A stretch of 52,090 nucleotides of DNA from Patescibacteria group bacterium (GCA_041645215.1 JBAZQK010000001.1:1-52090), one strand, 5' to 3'; shown: positions 27,673 through 37,884, counted from the stretch's first letter. Numbers and translations: made by a program. The notes: generated by a model from the letters alone, not told the origin.

Positions 27673-28893
27673 TTAATCTTTTTGATTATCTTCGGCCGCG
27701 ACCTCATTGGCTGGGGACGCTCCTTCCGGCATCGCGGCTAATTTTTCCGCCGGCTCGCTCGTAGCCATCTCGACCGGGTCTACTGTTGCGGACGAATCAG
27801 GCGCGCTACCGGCCGCCGGCTCAATATCAACTGGCCCCGAAACCGCGCCGCTTATATCTATTCTCCAACCAGTTAACTTAACAGCTAGACGAACATTTTG
27901 ACCACTCCGACCAATCGCTAAAGATAGTTGATCTTCGGCCACCTCAACTTGAGCCGAGTGTTGATTTTCGTTCAAAGTTACGGTTTGAACTTTAGCGGGC
28001 GACAAGGCGGCCGCGATAAATTTATGAATATCTTCCGACCATTCAATTATATCAATCTTCTCGCCGCCGAGTTGGGTAATTATGGTTTGAACGCGCATAC
28101 CGCGCTGACCAACACAAGATCCGATCGGATCAACATTAGACTCGGTGGTGTAAACCGCAATTTTGGTGCGACTGCCCGCTTCACGAGCAATCGCCTTTAT
28201 GATTACTGCCGCCGAAGCTATTTCGGGAACTTCTTGCTCAAATAACTGACGAACCACTTCGGGATGAGTCCGCGACACAATCACTTCTGGTCCGCGCGCC
28301 GTCGCGTTCACCGCCACTAAATAAAATTTAAAACGAACGGCGGGCGCGTAATGCTCGCGCGGAATCTGTTCGCTATAAGGCATAACCGCGATCGTGTGCC
28401 CCAAATCAACAAAAACGGTTCTGCCTTCCACACGCTGAACCGTACCAATTACCACCTGCCCCTCTTTGTCTTTATATTCGGAAAACACCACTTCGCGCTC
28501 CGCCTCTCTTAAGCGCTGAATTATAACTTGCTTGGCGGTTTGGGCCGCCATGCGGCCGTATTCCGCCGGCACTATTAATTCAGTTTTAATTTCGTCGCCG
28601 ACTTGAACATCGCCCTTAATTGATTTAGCGTCACTCCACAATAGCTCTTTTTTTTCATTGATAGTTTCTTCATCTTCGGCCGGACCTTCCACCACCGTCT
28701 TGATATCAAATACGCGGGCGCCGCCGGTAACCGGATCAAACTCAACTTTTATATTTTCATTCTTTTGGCCAAAATCCTTGCGGTAAGCCGCGGCCAGCGC
28801 CTGTTCAATAGTTTCCACCACCGCCGCCACGGAAATATTTTTCTCTTCGCAGATTTGCTGAATAGCCGTTAAAATTGGAGAATTCTGCTGCAT
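27673..28893 (-). CDS. nusA: Transcription factor NusA
   Basis: GRMAAQTAKQVI.Q, S1 and KH domains (AREAGSRTKIAV, AIGRSGQNVRLA); start moved to MQQNS. Confidence 0.97.
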   Translation of the reverse strand: MQQNSPILTAIQQICEEKNISVAAVVETIEQALAAAYRKDFGQKNENIKVEFDPVTGGARVFDIKTVVEGPAEDEETINEKKELLWSDAKSIKGDVQVGDEIKTELIVPAEYGRMAAQTAKQVIIQRLREAEREVVFSEYKDKEGQVVIGTVQRVEGRTVFVDLGHTIAVMPYSEQIPREHYAPAVRFKFYLVAVNATARGPEVIVSRTHPEVVRQLFEQEVPEIASAAVIIKAIAREAGSRTKIAVYTTESNVDPIGSCVGQRGMRVQTIITQLGGEKIDIIEWSEDIHKFIAAALSPAKVQTVTLNENQHSAQVEVAEDQLSLAIGRSGQNVRLAVKLTGWRIDISGAVSGPVDIEPAAGSAPDSSATVDPVEMATSEPAEKLAAMPEGASPANEVAAEDNQKD

Positions 28894-29138
28894 ATATCTA
28901 AAGCTTATAATAAATCGTATGAAACCGTCCCCCGCTGTACAGCGGGGGGTATTTATAACAAGGCGTTTCATCCGCCGTAGCCCCAGCGGCGGGACAAAGG
29001 AAGATAAAAATAACTAGGTTACCTTAATCAAGTAATCTAGTCATAATTTAATTCTACTCTAACAAAGCTTGGCTGTCAATTATATTCGTGGACTTGAACA
29101 TTATGCCGTAGCTTGCACAACCGGCTTCTAAATCATAA

Positions 29139-29519
29139 CTAGGTGAACTTATCGTCTAAATAAAGGCTTTGATAATGTTTAAGGTCAACTATAACCCGCT
29201 CCGTATTAACCACAATAGCTATTACCTCTAAGCGCACTGGACCGTCAAATTGGGGATGAGAGACCATAAATGATTGGGCGGCTAAGCGCAATTTCTTAAG
29301 TTTAGCGCGGTTGACAGCGTTTTCAGGATAGCCAAATTTTATCTGCTGTCGAGTTTTTACTTCAACCACCACTAGACTGCCATTATTGCTGGCCACAATG
29401 TCTATTTCGCCATAGCGACCGGCATGCCAATTTTTAAATAATATCCGGTAACCCAAGCCGGTTAAATAATTCACCGCCGCCGCTTCACCGGCGCCGCCTA
29501 ATTGCTGGCGTTCATGCAT
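29139..29519 (-). CDS. yraN: YraN (UPF0102) family protein
   Basis: G..GE..A..YL...GY.IL..NW....GEIDIVA......VEVKTR. Confidence 0.93.
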   Translation of the reverse strand: MHERQQLGGAGEAAAVNYLTGLGYRILFKNWHAGRYGEIDIVASNNGSLVVVEVKTRQQIKFGYPENAVNRAKLKKLRLAAQSFMVSHPQFDGPVRLEVIAIVVNTERVIVDLKHYQSLYLDDKFT

Positions 29520-29522
29520 AAA

Positions 29523-29942
29523 CTAACGACTAACGGGCCAGTAACGTGATTGCCGGGCGCGTTCCAATTGTTGTCGTCTCTGCTTAGGAACTACTTTTAA
29601 CAACCAATAAATAAGTCGCACTAACCAAATAATGCCAATCAATAACCATAACAAAAACCAAAATCGACTGCCTAAAACCGGTGTCTGGGTCTGGCTAAAG
29701 ATAAACGACACTCCAAACATAAACGCTAAGGTCGCGCCCCAGGCGCCGAATCGTCCCACAATAGTTCGCCCCAAACTGTCTTTGACCCACATACGCTTAA
29801 TAATCAGCGCCCCTATCCCCCCAACAATCCCTCCTATTATTACCACCTGTACTAACAGCAAAAACTTGCCGGCTAAGGGGCCGGGGTAAGAGGCAAACCA
29901 ATAACGTATATCTATAAACTGATTATAAAACTCCAGCCACAT
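29523..29942 (-). CDS. Hypothetical membrane protein (3 TM)
   Basis: Hydrophobic segments and a basic C-terminal tail; operonic spacing. Confidence 0.7.
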   Translation of the reverse strand: MWLEFYNQFIDIRYWFASYPGPLAGKFLLLVQVVIIGGIVGGIGALIIKRMWVKDSLGRTIVGRFGAWGATLAFMFGVSFIFSQTQTPVLGSRFWFLLWLLIGIIWLVRLIYWLLKVVPKQRRQQLERARQSRYWPVSR

Positions 29943-29947
29943 AACAT

Positions 29948-30505
29948 TTATTGTTTAACAAAGACAATTCCATAATGATAAGGACCGGCGGCAAACTCTT
30001 GATCAATAACGAAACCGTATTTGTTTACAATCTGTTTAATTACTTCGGGGGCCAGCCGGTTGCCTAACGGCGGACCAAAAGGGGTTGGCTCAATTTTCCA
30101 ATCAACCACCAACAATTTTCCCCCGACCCGTAATAAACGTCGGGCTTCTTGCGCTAAGGCGTCATTCTGTCTTGACTGAAACATTATATTAATAAGCAAG
30201 GCGTGATCAAGGCTGTCAGGCAATATCTTGGCCGCCCCGACGGTTTCCAAGTCAGACCAAACCGTTTCAATATTAGACAAGTTTTCCAGTTTAGCTTTAC
30301 TCACAACTCCTTCCAGGGCTGATTTCAAAATATCAATGGCGTAGATCTTGCCAGTGGCGCCAACTAAGCGCGCGGCCGGTAAAGTAAAATAACCCGCGCC
30401 GCCACAGCCCAAGTCGCCGACCTGTTGACCCAACTGTACGCCAAGTTTAACTTTTAACAAATCTTCCGGATCAAGTAATTTGGCAGTAATAATTTCCGTG
30501 CGCAT
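29948..30505 (-). CDS. Class I SAM-dependent methyltransferase
   Basis: VGDLGCGGAG.F, IYAIDI, RLLRVGGKLLVVDW. Confidence 0.9.
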   Translation of the reverse strand: MRTEIITAKLLDPEDLLKVKLGVQLGQQVGDLGCGGAGYFTLPAARLVGATGKIYAIDILKSALEGVVSKAKLENLSNIETVWSDLETVGAAKILPDSLDHALLINIMFQSRQNDALAQEARRLLRVGGKLLVVDWKIEPTPFGPPLGNRLAPEVIKQIVNKYGFVIDQEFAAGPYHYGIVFVKQ

Positions 30506-30585
30506 ATTTTTCTACCTGATTATTTACTAATTTATCCTTAAAGTCTGTTGCCATGAACTCTTAGTAAGGTAATCTACTATTCACA

Positions 30586-31215
30586 CTATACCAAATACCG
30601 GGCAACTGGTCGATAACTGCGGCGATGAATGTTGGTAACACCCAATTTAGCCAAAGCGATTTGATGTTGCTTAGTGCCATAGCCCTTATGCTGACTAAAC
30701 CCATAGCCCGAACAGTATTTATCAAATTTCACCATTAAACGGTCGCGATAGATTTTGGCCATAATTGAAGCCAAGGCAATAACAACTATTTTGGCATCAC
30801 CGTGAATAACCGATTTAATTGGTGATTGGTTTATTGTTGGCGGCAACTTGGCAACGTAATCCGCCAAAATATAATTAGGTTTTAATGGTAATTTATTTAC
30901 AGCTCTTTTGACCGCCAATCGATTGGCTGGCCCCACTCCTAGTTGATCAATTTCTTTGTTGCTGACCACTCCCACCGCCCAAGTGATTTTATCTTTAAGC
31001 TGATTAAAAATTTCCTGACGACGCCGCGGGCTTAATTTTTTTGAATCATTGATTAATTCCAACCACGGCGCCACAGCAATCTTGGTTGATTTAGGTAAAA
31101 TAACCGCCGCCGCCACCATCGGCCCGGCCCAGGCCCCGCGACCAACCTCGTCCACCCCGGCAATTAATTTATATCCTTGGCGCCATAATTGTTTTTCCAA
31201 ATATGACAATCTCAT
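30586..31215 (-). CDS. rnhB: Ribonuclease HII
   Basis: AGVDEVGRG..AGP, DSKKL, GDA...IALAS..AK..RD, HKGYGT..H, HRRSY. Confidence 0.97.
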   Translation of the reverse strand: MRLSYLEKQLWRQGYKLIAGVDEVGRGAWAGPMVAAAVILPKSTKIAVAPWLELINDSKKLSPRRRQEIFNQLKDKITWAVGVVSNKEIDQLGVGPANRLAVKRAVNKLPLKPNYILADYVAKLPPTINQSPIKSVIHGDAKIVVIALASIMAKIYRDRLMVKFDKYCSGYGFSQHKGYGTKQHQIALAKLGVTNIHRRSYRPVARYLV

Positions 31216-31268
31216 AGATTATCCCGGTGACTAATTTGCTAAAAAATTTACAACTGAATATTGCATAG

Positions 31269-31733
31269 TTATTTTGAATTATCATCAGCTTTTTGTCCGA
31301 TATATCGTCTAAGTTCTTTTAATGATTGCCTAATTTGATCAATTCTTTGCGGTTCTAATATCATACTAAATTCAACCTCAAGTTTTTTTTGCTTATTTAT
31401 TTTAAACTTTATAAGTTGATCAACCCCGTTTTTATCTATTTCAGCAATAATTCCGTGAGCCATTGCATGTCTTAACTGTACTAATTCTTGAGGAAGGCTA
31501 ATATCGGGGAAATATTCATTAAATTTTTTTGTAATTTCTCCGAAGCTTGAATTGGAAAAAGATTTTGGATAGTCATTATAAATTTTCTTTTTTGTGTACG
31601 GAGGTTTTGGTAATTTATTGATTTCTCTATCTTTTTTCGCGATAGCGCAGCGCATTAAAAATTCAATAGCCATAATGTCTCGCCAAATTTCTCCCAAACA
31701 TTCAAAAAATTTTTTGACTTCGTCTTGGTTCAT
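31269..31733 (-). CDS. Hypothetical protein, HEPN-like
   Basis: Helical; LRHAMAHG fits the HEPN R-x4-H motif. Confidence 0.55.
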   Translation of the reverse strand: MNQDEVKKFFECLGEIWRDIMAIEFLMRCAIAKKDREINKLPKPPYTKKKIYNDYPKSFSNSSFGEITKKFNEYFPDISLPQELVQLRHAMAHGIIAEIDKNGVDQLIKFKINKQKKLEVEFSMILEPQRIDQIRQSLKELRRYIGQKADDNSK

Positions 31734-31805
31734 ATCCTATTTCCAAAAATTTAATTTCTCGCCTTTTACCGTTTTATAATTTACAACTGAATATTGCATA
31801 GTTAT

Positions 31806-32486
31806 TCAAGCGAGAAAACTAATATTACTATTTTTATTAAGATTCAAAGATATCTGTCTAATATTTTCATATAAAAACTCAATGTCCTTGATTAATTCAT
31901 TGATTTTTTCTTGACTGATAATAGAAATAGTTTCTACGCTGTTTTCTTTTATTAAATTTAAATAGCCGTCAAGACTAATGCCTTCAGGAAGAGTTATTGT
32001 CTTTCCTTTGCCATCTATTGTCTGAAATAATTCCAGCTTATCGTAAGGAGATCCTTGAGGATATCGCTCAAATTGATTTTCAATATCACATTTTTTATTA
32101 TCGAGTAAAAACAAGTTCCCAAAAGCGTATTTTTCTATAGTATTTTTTATTGTTTTATTTTCAACACCCGCTTTCTCTAAAAGATCAAGCAAATTATGAT
32201 TTTTGGGAAATTTAGAGTTTGTTATTCCAATAATAGCCTTGAGATAAATTTCAATTCCATGCTTAAAATTAAAAAGGATCGGGAACATTAAATAAACAGG
32301 TTCTTGTGAATAATTTCCATATATCTCTTTGAGGCAATATTCGAGGGGTGAGCCTTCAGCTATGGCAAATTTATTTAATCTTTTACTTAAGATGCGAGCA
32401 CTTATTAAGGCACACTGAAGATAAGATTGGGCGATTATCAACCAATCATACTCTCTTTTATGGTCAAATTTTATTTGTCTGGACAT
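31806..32486 (-). CDS. Hypothetical protein, HEPN-like
   Basis: FPILFNFKHGIEIYLKA...HNLLDL...RYP pattern. Confidence 0.55.
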   Translation of the reverse strand: MSRQIKFDHKREYDWLIIAQSYLQCALISARILSKRLNKFAIAEGSPLEYCLKEIYGNYSQEPVYLMFPILFNFKHGIEIYLKAIIGITNSKFPKNHNLLDLLEKAGVENKTIKNTIEKYAFGNLFLLDNKKCDIENQFERYPQGSPYDKLELFQTIDGKGKTITLPEGISLDGYLNLIKENSVETISIISQEKINELIKDIEFLYENIRQISLNLNKNSNISFLA

Positions 32487-32565
32487 TTAAAAACTTATTT
32501 CCAAGAACTTAATTTTTATCTTGTTATTTTATAATTTACAACTGAATATTGCATAGTCCAAAAAA

Positions 32566-33288
32566 TTACAAACCATAATCGGTATTATTCATCCTATTTC
32601 TCCTATTTTCATTAATTCGATTTTGTTCCATTTGGTGATAAAAATGAGCCGATTTGTTAATAAGAGCTATGTCTTTTTCTATTTCCTGCAAAAGATTTTT
32701 GAGGTTCAAAATAGAAACTATCTCTATAAAGCATTCTCCATTCGGTAAACTAAAAGTATTATCCAGTGCATTTATTCTAATAAGTGCTCCATCACAATTT
32801 TGCTGATTTTTACTATCATCTAAATAAAACACTGTGCCGTCAAAAACTACCAGCAAATAGTACACTCCCACTTGTTGATTATTTTTTCTGAAGGCTCTAA
32901 AAAATTGTAGATTTTGATTTACTGCTTTATACAAAAAATCTCCACTGTCTTTAGATTTAAAAAATTCTCTGTACTTTGCATAAAAATGTGTTTGTTTATT
33001 TCTTTCCATTTCTGAAATATCTGCAAAAGGGATATTATTAGTAATGAGAGTACTTTCAATATCCTCCATCTTGCCTTTCTGGTGTATTCTTGTTGCTTCT
33101 GGAATCGACTTACATTCAACAAATAATATTGCATCATAGTTATGATTATCTTGATGTTTTCGCGCAATAATATCTTTTTCGCGTGGCTTTTGAGTGTTCG
33201 GGTCGGTATAAAAAACTTCAGATGATACTTTCCACCCGTCGTCTTTTAAAATCTTTTCCACTTGTTCTTCTAATGTATTTCCATTCAT
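32566..33288 (-). CDS. Hypothetical PD-(D/E)XK-type nuclease
   Basis: LEEQV..IL...GW.V, REKDIIA, FVECKS. Confidence 0.6.
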   Translation of the reverse strand: MNGNTLEEQVEKILKDDGWKVSSEVFYTDPNTQKPREKDIIARKHQDNHNYDAILFVECKSIPEATRIHQKGKMEDIESTLITNNIPFADISEMERNKQTHFYAKYREFFKSKDSGDFLYKAVNQNLQFFRAFRKNNQQVGVYYLLVVFDGTVFYLDDSKNQQNCDGALIRINALDNTFSLPNGECFIEIVSILNLKNLLQEIEKDIALINKSAHFYHQMEQNRINENRRNRMNNTDYGL

Positions 33289-33310
33289 ATTTTTATTTCC
33301 AAAAACTTAA

Positions 33311-33608
33311 TTTTTCTTTTTTCGTCCTTTTAATAAATCCAACCTCTTGGCGTTTTTGCCGGTAATTACTTTTTGCCATCCGTGGCTTGCATTTTCAGTT
33401 GTCCGATTTTTTCGGACACCTCGCTACCCTCCGCTTTTAGCTTGGTTTTTAGATCATTCCAATATTTTCTTGGTCTATCGGTTTGCGCCAATATTTCCAC
33501 CACATCCATAACGGCAAAATGCCATAATTCTTTTTTCTCGTCCCAAAATCGGCGGATTTGTTTGCCCTCAAAAATTGCTATTGCTTTATTTTTTGAATGT
33601 TTTTTCAT
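33311..33608 (-). pseudogene. Bro-N domain gene with internal deletion and frameshift
   Basis: IAIFEGKQIRR.WD....W.FAV.DVV.IL..T..PRKYWNDLK.KL..EG; stops after ATDGKK; a probable C-terminal tail VITGKNAKRL.. follows in another frame. Confidence 0.8.
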
Positions 33609-33855
33609 ATTTTTAAATTCTATTTCCAAAAACTTAATTTTTCCGATTTTGCCCATTCAATAAACTTTTCCGCCACGCCGCCCGGTCCAAGTTTTTAAAC
33701 TTTGGTATATAGACTAAATCAGTACCAATATTAATATTGATATTCATATTTTTACGAACCAATCATGTAATCAATTTTACACTTATAAACCCAAATAAAC
33801 AATGCCCAAGAACTACGTCTCGGGCATTTTAGCTACAATATTTTAACTAATTTCA

Positions 33856-34671
33856 TTAAGCCTTACTGGGATCAATTTCACTTGGATCCCAAAGCACCCT
33901 GCCTTCCATCCCTCCAGCCGCAACCACTACTAGGCCGGTAACCTGCCCCGAAACTATACTTGAAGACAGAATCATAATTTGGTTAGCTATGTCTCGGGCT
34001 TCAGCTATTTTTCGCAGCGGCCTGGTTAATAAAGCCCTAGTAACCGCTTGGTGATTAGACTTAAATTTTTCAGTCATCGGCGACCAGGTCCAGCCTGGCG
34101 CTACGGCATTAACTCTTCCTTGCGGAGCCAAACGAGTAATCTCATTTTTTAAAGTCAGAGTTAAACCAATTAGCGCGGCTTTAGCCGCCGCATATTCGCT
34201 GTGTCCGGCTTCTCCAAAAACACCGGCTGTAGAACTTACAAAAACCAACGACGGGCTGTCAGTTTTATTTTTGGCTATAGACTTAAAAAATTCCCTGGCG
34301 GTTAACCAGGCGCCGGTTAAATTCGTACTGATTACTTTGTCCCAGCGCAAGGTATCCATATTTTGAATAGCCATATCCTCTTCTGGAAAAATACCAGCGT
34401 TAGCCACCACAATGTCAATTTGGCCGAATTTTTTAACAGCCTCGTTAAACAAAGTAACCACCTGCTCCTCTTTGGTCATATCAGCTGCCACTACCAAAGT
34501 TTCAGTGCCGAGTGGTAATTGCTTTAACAATTTTTCAATATCCGCCTTATTTTTGCCATAATGCAGAACCAGTTTAGCTCCCTCCTGGGCAAACACCCGA
34601 GCTGTAGCGGCGCCAATGCCACCAGAAGCCCCGGTAATTAATACGATTTTGTTTTTTAATCCTAAGTCCAT
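33856..34671 (-). CDS. SDR family oxidoreductase
   Basis: TGASGGIG, NAG, YAAAK, VNAVAPG. Confidence 0.93.
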   Translation of the reverse strand: MDLGLKNKIVLITGASGGIGAATARVFAQEGAKLVLHYGKNKADIEKLLKQLPLGTETLVVAADMTKEEQVVTLFNEAVKKFGQIDIVVANAGIFPEEDMAIQNMDTLRWDKVISTNLTGAWLTAREFFKSIAKNKTDSPSLVFVSSTAGVFGEAGHSEYAAAKAALIGLTLTLKNEITRLAPQGRVNAVAPGWTWSPMTEKFKSNHQAVTRALLTRPLRKIAEARDIANQIMILSSSIVSGQVTGLVVVAAGGMEGRVLWDPSEIDPSKA

Positions 34672-34712
34672 AATATTTTTCCTTTGATTTATTGTTAGGT
34701 TTGTTTTCTAAT

Positions 34713-35948
34713 TTAATATTTACCCCTAGCTTCAATCGCCTGAGCAATTCTTTCCAAGGCTACCACATAAGCGGCGGTGCGCAAATCAATTTTCAACTGC
34801 TGCGCCCGCTCCCAAACATGTTTAAAAGCCTGAACCATAATCGGCTTTAATTTTGCCAATACCTCGCCCTCATCCCAATAATACTGTTGTAAATTTTGCA
34901 CCAATTCAAAATAAGACACCGTTACCCCGCCGGCGTTAGCTAAAACATCAGGCACTACCACTACGCCTTTTTTAGCCAGTTTCACATCAGCCTCCGGGGT
35001 AGTGGGGCCATTGGCCATTTCAAACACTATCCGGGCTTTTATTTTGCCGGCATTATCTTTGGTAATCTGATTTTCCAAAGCCGCCGGTATTAAAATATCA
35101 ACTGGTAACAGCAATAACTTACGATTGTCAATTTTAGTCGCTTCTTTATAACCCGCCAACGAGCCATGCGCTTTTTTATATTTTTCCACTTCGGCTACGT
35201 TTAAACCCTTGGAATTATAAATGGCAGTGGTTGAATCAGACATAGCCACTATTTTTACGCCAGCTTGCCACAACAAAACTGCCGTCATGCCGCCGACATT
35301 ACCCATACCTTGGACCGCCGCCGTGAGCTTTTTAGGATTAAGCTTAAGTTTGCTTAATAATTCAGTTAAAACATAAAAGCCGCCTTGGGCTGTAGCCGGC
35401 ACGCGCCCCTGCGAACCACCTAAACTTAACGGCTTGCCTGTAACCACGCCGGGCACTTGGCGCCCAACTACGCGCGAGTACTCGTCCATTATCCACCCCA
35501 TTATCTCTGGTGTGGTATTTACATCCGGCGCCAGTATGTCTTTATCTGGACCAATAAATAGTGACAACTGCCGAGCAAAAGCGCGGGTCAACCTTTCTAG
35601 TTCACTCGTGGATAATTTTTTAGGGTCAACCGTAACACCGCCCTTAGCCCCACCCAAAGGGATACCCACGACCGCGCATTTTATTACCATCCAAAATCCT
35701 AAGGCTTTAACTTCGTCCAAATTGGTTTTGGGGTGATAACGTATTCCCCCCTTGTAAGGACCGCGCGCCGAGGAATATTGCACGCGGTAGCCTTCAAAAA
35801 CTTTAACCTCACCATTATCCATCACCACCGGCAAAGCCAACTGCAAAATCCTTTCTGGTTTTTTTAGTTGCTCAATAACCGACCCGGACAAATTCATCTG
35901 GTCAGTAGCCCGCTTAAGTTGACTAAGCGCATTGTTAAATACTGACAT
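34713..35948 (-). CDS. gdhA: Glu/Leu/Phe/Val (glutamate) dehydrogenase
   Basis: GPYKGGIRYHP, GGAKGG, APDVNT, VTGKP...GGS.GR..ATAQG, QGMGNVG, EMANGPTT, ANAGGVTVSYFE. Confidence 0.95.
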   Translation of the reverse strand: MSVFNNALSQLKRATDQMNLSGSVIEQLKKPERILQLALPVVMDNGEVKVFEGYRVQYSSARGPYKGGIRYHPKTNLDEVKALGFWMVIKCAVVGIPLGGAKGGVTVDPKKLSTSELERLTRAFARQLSLFIGPDKDILAPDVNTTPEIMGWIMDEYSRVVGRQVPGVVTGKPLSLGGSQGRVPATAQGGFYVLTELLSKLKLNPKKLTAAVQGMGNVGGMTAVLLWQAGVKIVAMSDSTTAIYNSKGLNVAEVEKYKKAHGSLAGYKEATKIDNRKLLLLPVDILIPAALENQITKDNAGKIKARIVFEMANGPTTPEADVKLAKKGVVVVPDVLANAGGVTVSYFELVQNLQQYYWDEGEVLAKLKPIMVQAFKHVWERAQQLKIDLRTAAYVVALERIAQAIEARGKY

Positions 35949-36115
35949 AATAGTAAGATTAAAATTAAAAAATCAAAATGTAAAATGATAAATTAAAAGT
36001 CAAAAATTTTTAACATTTTAACATTTTAACTTTGTTATTTTGATTTTTGATATTTGCATTTTGAATTATTTCCCGCCCGCACGCTCCGCCGAAGGCGGAA
36101 GAATTTAGAAATTTT

Positions 36116-37114
36116 TTAACTGGCTTTAACTGTTGGCAATTTAGCTACCCCCCAATCAATGTTTACACCGCGAAACCCTTTGGTTTTTTGTAAATACTCA
36201 TAAGCCTTAAGCGCGGCCGTGGCTCCCCAGCCGGCTGAAATTATTATTTGTTTGTAAGAAATGGTAGTGATGTCGCCGGCCGCAAAAACCCCGGCTTGGG
36301 AAGTTTCCGCGTCCGGCGATATTTTAATTTGCTGGCGACTATCAAGTTCAACCAACCCGTCTATTAATTTGGAATTAACCACATAGCCAATTTCCACAAA
36401 TACGCCATCAACCAACAAACTTTTAACTTTATTATTATCGCCAATCTTTTCAACCACCAACTCACTAACTCTGGTGGTGCCTTTAATTTCTTTAACCTGA
36501 CTGTTCAACACCAACTCTATTGGCGGCTGTTTCAGTTGCTCCACTAAAACCGCCTCGGCTCTAAAATCAGCTTGGCGATGAATCAAATATACTTTAGGGC
36601 ATAGCTTAGCTAATAATAAAGCGGCGTCAACCGCTGAATTCCCGCCACCAACCACTGCCACCACCTTACCCTTATAAAGCGGCGCGTCACAGGTGGCGCA
36701 ATAACTTACGCCCTTACCGCCGAATTTTTCCTCACCCGGTACGCCTAAATGGCGATGGGTTAAGCCGTAAGCCAAAACAACCGTATCGGTTATGAAATTA
36801 TCCGTATTAGTTTTCACGATAAACTGCCGGCCGCCATTAGCGTCAGTATCTTTGGTAATACTTCTAACTTCAGCCATTATAAACTCCGCTCCAAATTTTT
36901 CCGCTTGGTCCTTGAATTTATACATAAGCTCGGGTCCGCCAATCATACTTACCCCGGGATAGTTTTCAACCTCCTCGGTGGTAGCGGCCTGACCGCCAAT
37001 ATCCTGGCTTATTACCAAAGTTTTCATGGCGCGACGACTAGCATAAAGCGCGGCTGTTAAACCAGCCGCCCCCGCCCCGACAATAATCACATTATATTCA
37101 GTAGCCGCCAACAT
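36116..37114 (-). CDS. trxB: Thioredoxin-disulfide reductase
   Basis: GAGAAGLTAA, CATCD, VGGGNSA, FAAGD. Confidence 0.96.
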   Translation of the reverse strand: MLAATEYNVIIVGAGAAGLTAALYASRRAMKTLVISQDIGGQAATTEEVENYPGVSMIGGPELMYKFKDQAEKFGAEFIMAEVRSITKDTDANGGRQFIVKTNTDNFITDTVVLAYGLTHRHLGVPGEEKFGGKGVSYCATCDAPLYKGKVVAVVGGGNSAVDAALLLAKLCPKVYLIHRQADFRAEAVLVEQLKQPPIELVLNSQVKEIKGTTRVSELVVEKIGDNNKVKSLLVDGVFVEIGYVVNSKLIDGLVELDSRQQIKISPDAETSQAGVFAAGDITTISYKQIIISAGWGATAALKAYEYLQKTKGFRGVNIDWGVAKLPTVKAS

Positions 37115-37116
37115 AT

Positions 37117-37440
37117 TTAGATTAATTTGGCCAAAGCCGATTTTAGGTTGTCTTTGCTTTGCACTCCCACAAATTGCTGAACCACCTGCCCGTTTTTAAA
37201 AATTAATAATGAGGGAATACTTAAAATATTATACCTCTGGGCGGTGGTTAAGTTTTCATCCACATTTAATTTAGTAATTTTAAATTTACTAACATCAGTT
37301 TCACTGGCCAGCTCTTCAATAATCGGCCCCTGAATACGACAAGGTCCGCACCAGGGCGCCCAAAAATCAACCAACACCGGAACCGAACTTTTTAAAACCT
37401 CCGGCTCAAAAGATTGGTCTGTTAATACAACTACTGCCAT
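37117..37440 (-). CDS. trxA: Thioredoxin
   Basis: WCGPC active site. Confidence 0.97.
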   Translation of the reverse strand: MAVVVLTDQSFEPEVLKSSVPVLVDFWAPWCGPCRIQGPIIEELASETDVSKFKITKLNVDENLTTAQRYNILSIPSLLIFKNGQVVQQFVGVQSKDNLKSALAKLI

Positions 37441-37479
37441 ATTATAATAAATAAATAATTAGTAAATTAAGTGAAGTGC

Positions 37480-37620
37480 TCCCCGAGCTTATGGGACAGG
37501 AACGCTCTGGTATCCCACTGTGGTGTTCGGGCTTCAGCCCTTTCGGCTGGCGGAGCGCGCCTGTCCGCCGGTGGTGGAAACCCCGTACCGTCACGATGAA
37601 CATCGGGACTGGTGCGTGGT
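37480..37620. repeat. Cluster of GC-rich palindromic repeats upstream of trxA
   Basis: GGGCTTCAGCCC, CGGCTGGCGGAGCGCGCCTGTCCGCCG and CCCCGTACC..CATCGGGAC..GGTGCGTGG. Confidence 0.5.
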
Positions 37621-37623
37621 TAA

Positions 37624-37884
37624 TTAAGTAATTTTAAATAAACCCGCCACAATTCTTTCCAAATCTTTGATTTCAACTTCACCAACAACCGGCTGAAGAC
37701 AACCCTTAGCCTCAAACTCCAGCAATAAAATGCCAAGTCTAGCCAAAGAAGCGCGAGCCGCCACGATCTGCTGCAGGACTTCGGCGCAATCTCTTTTATC
37801 ATCTATCATGCGACCAATACTGGTAACTTGTCCGCTAGCGCGCCGATATTGATCACTAATGTCTTTGATATTGCATTCAATCAT
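37624..37884 (-). CDS. CsoR/RcnR-family repressor lacking the metal-ligating His
   Basis: R.RR..GQV..I.RMI...RDC.EVLQQI.AARASL; C-terminal EFEAKGC where the family has H..C. Confidence 0.85.
   Translation of the reverse strand: MIECNIKDISDQYRRASGQVTSIGRMIDDKRDCAEVLQQIVAARASLARLGILLLEFEAKGCLQPVVGEVEIKDLERIVAGLFKIT

Larger units (their letters stand above)
31245..33700 (-). repeat. Cassette-like array delimited by two alternating repeat types
   Basis: R2 AATTTACAACTGAATATTGCATAGT identical at 31245, 31778 and 32533; R1 ATTTCCAARAAYTTAATTT at 31739, 32497, 33295 and 33622. Confidence 0.9.

Noticed and set aside
31245-33640. CRISPR array or classical integron
   Set aside because: The spacers are whole genes, not 30-40 nt; the repeats lack attC R''/R' inverted structure; no cas or intI gene is in the window.
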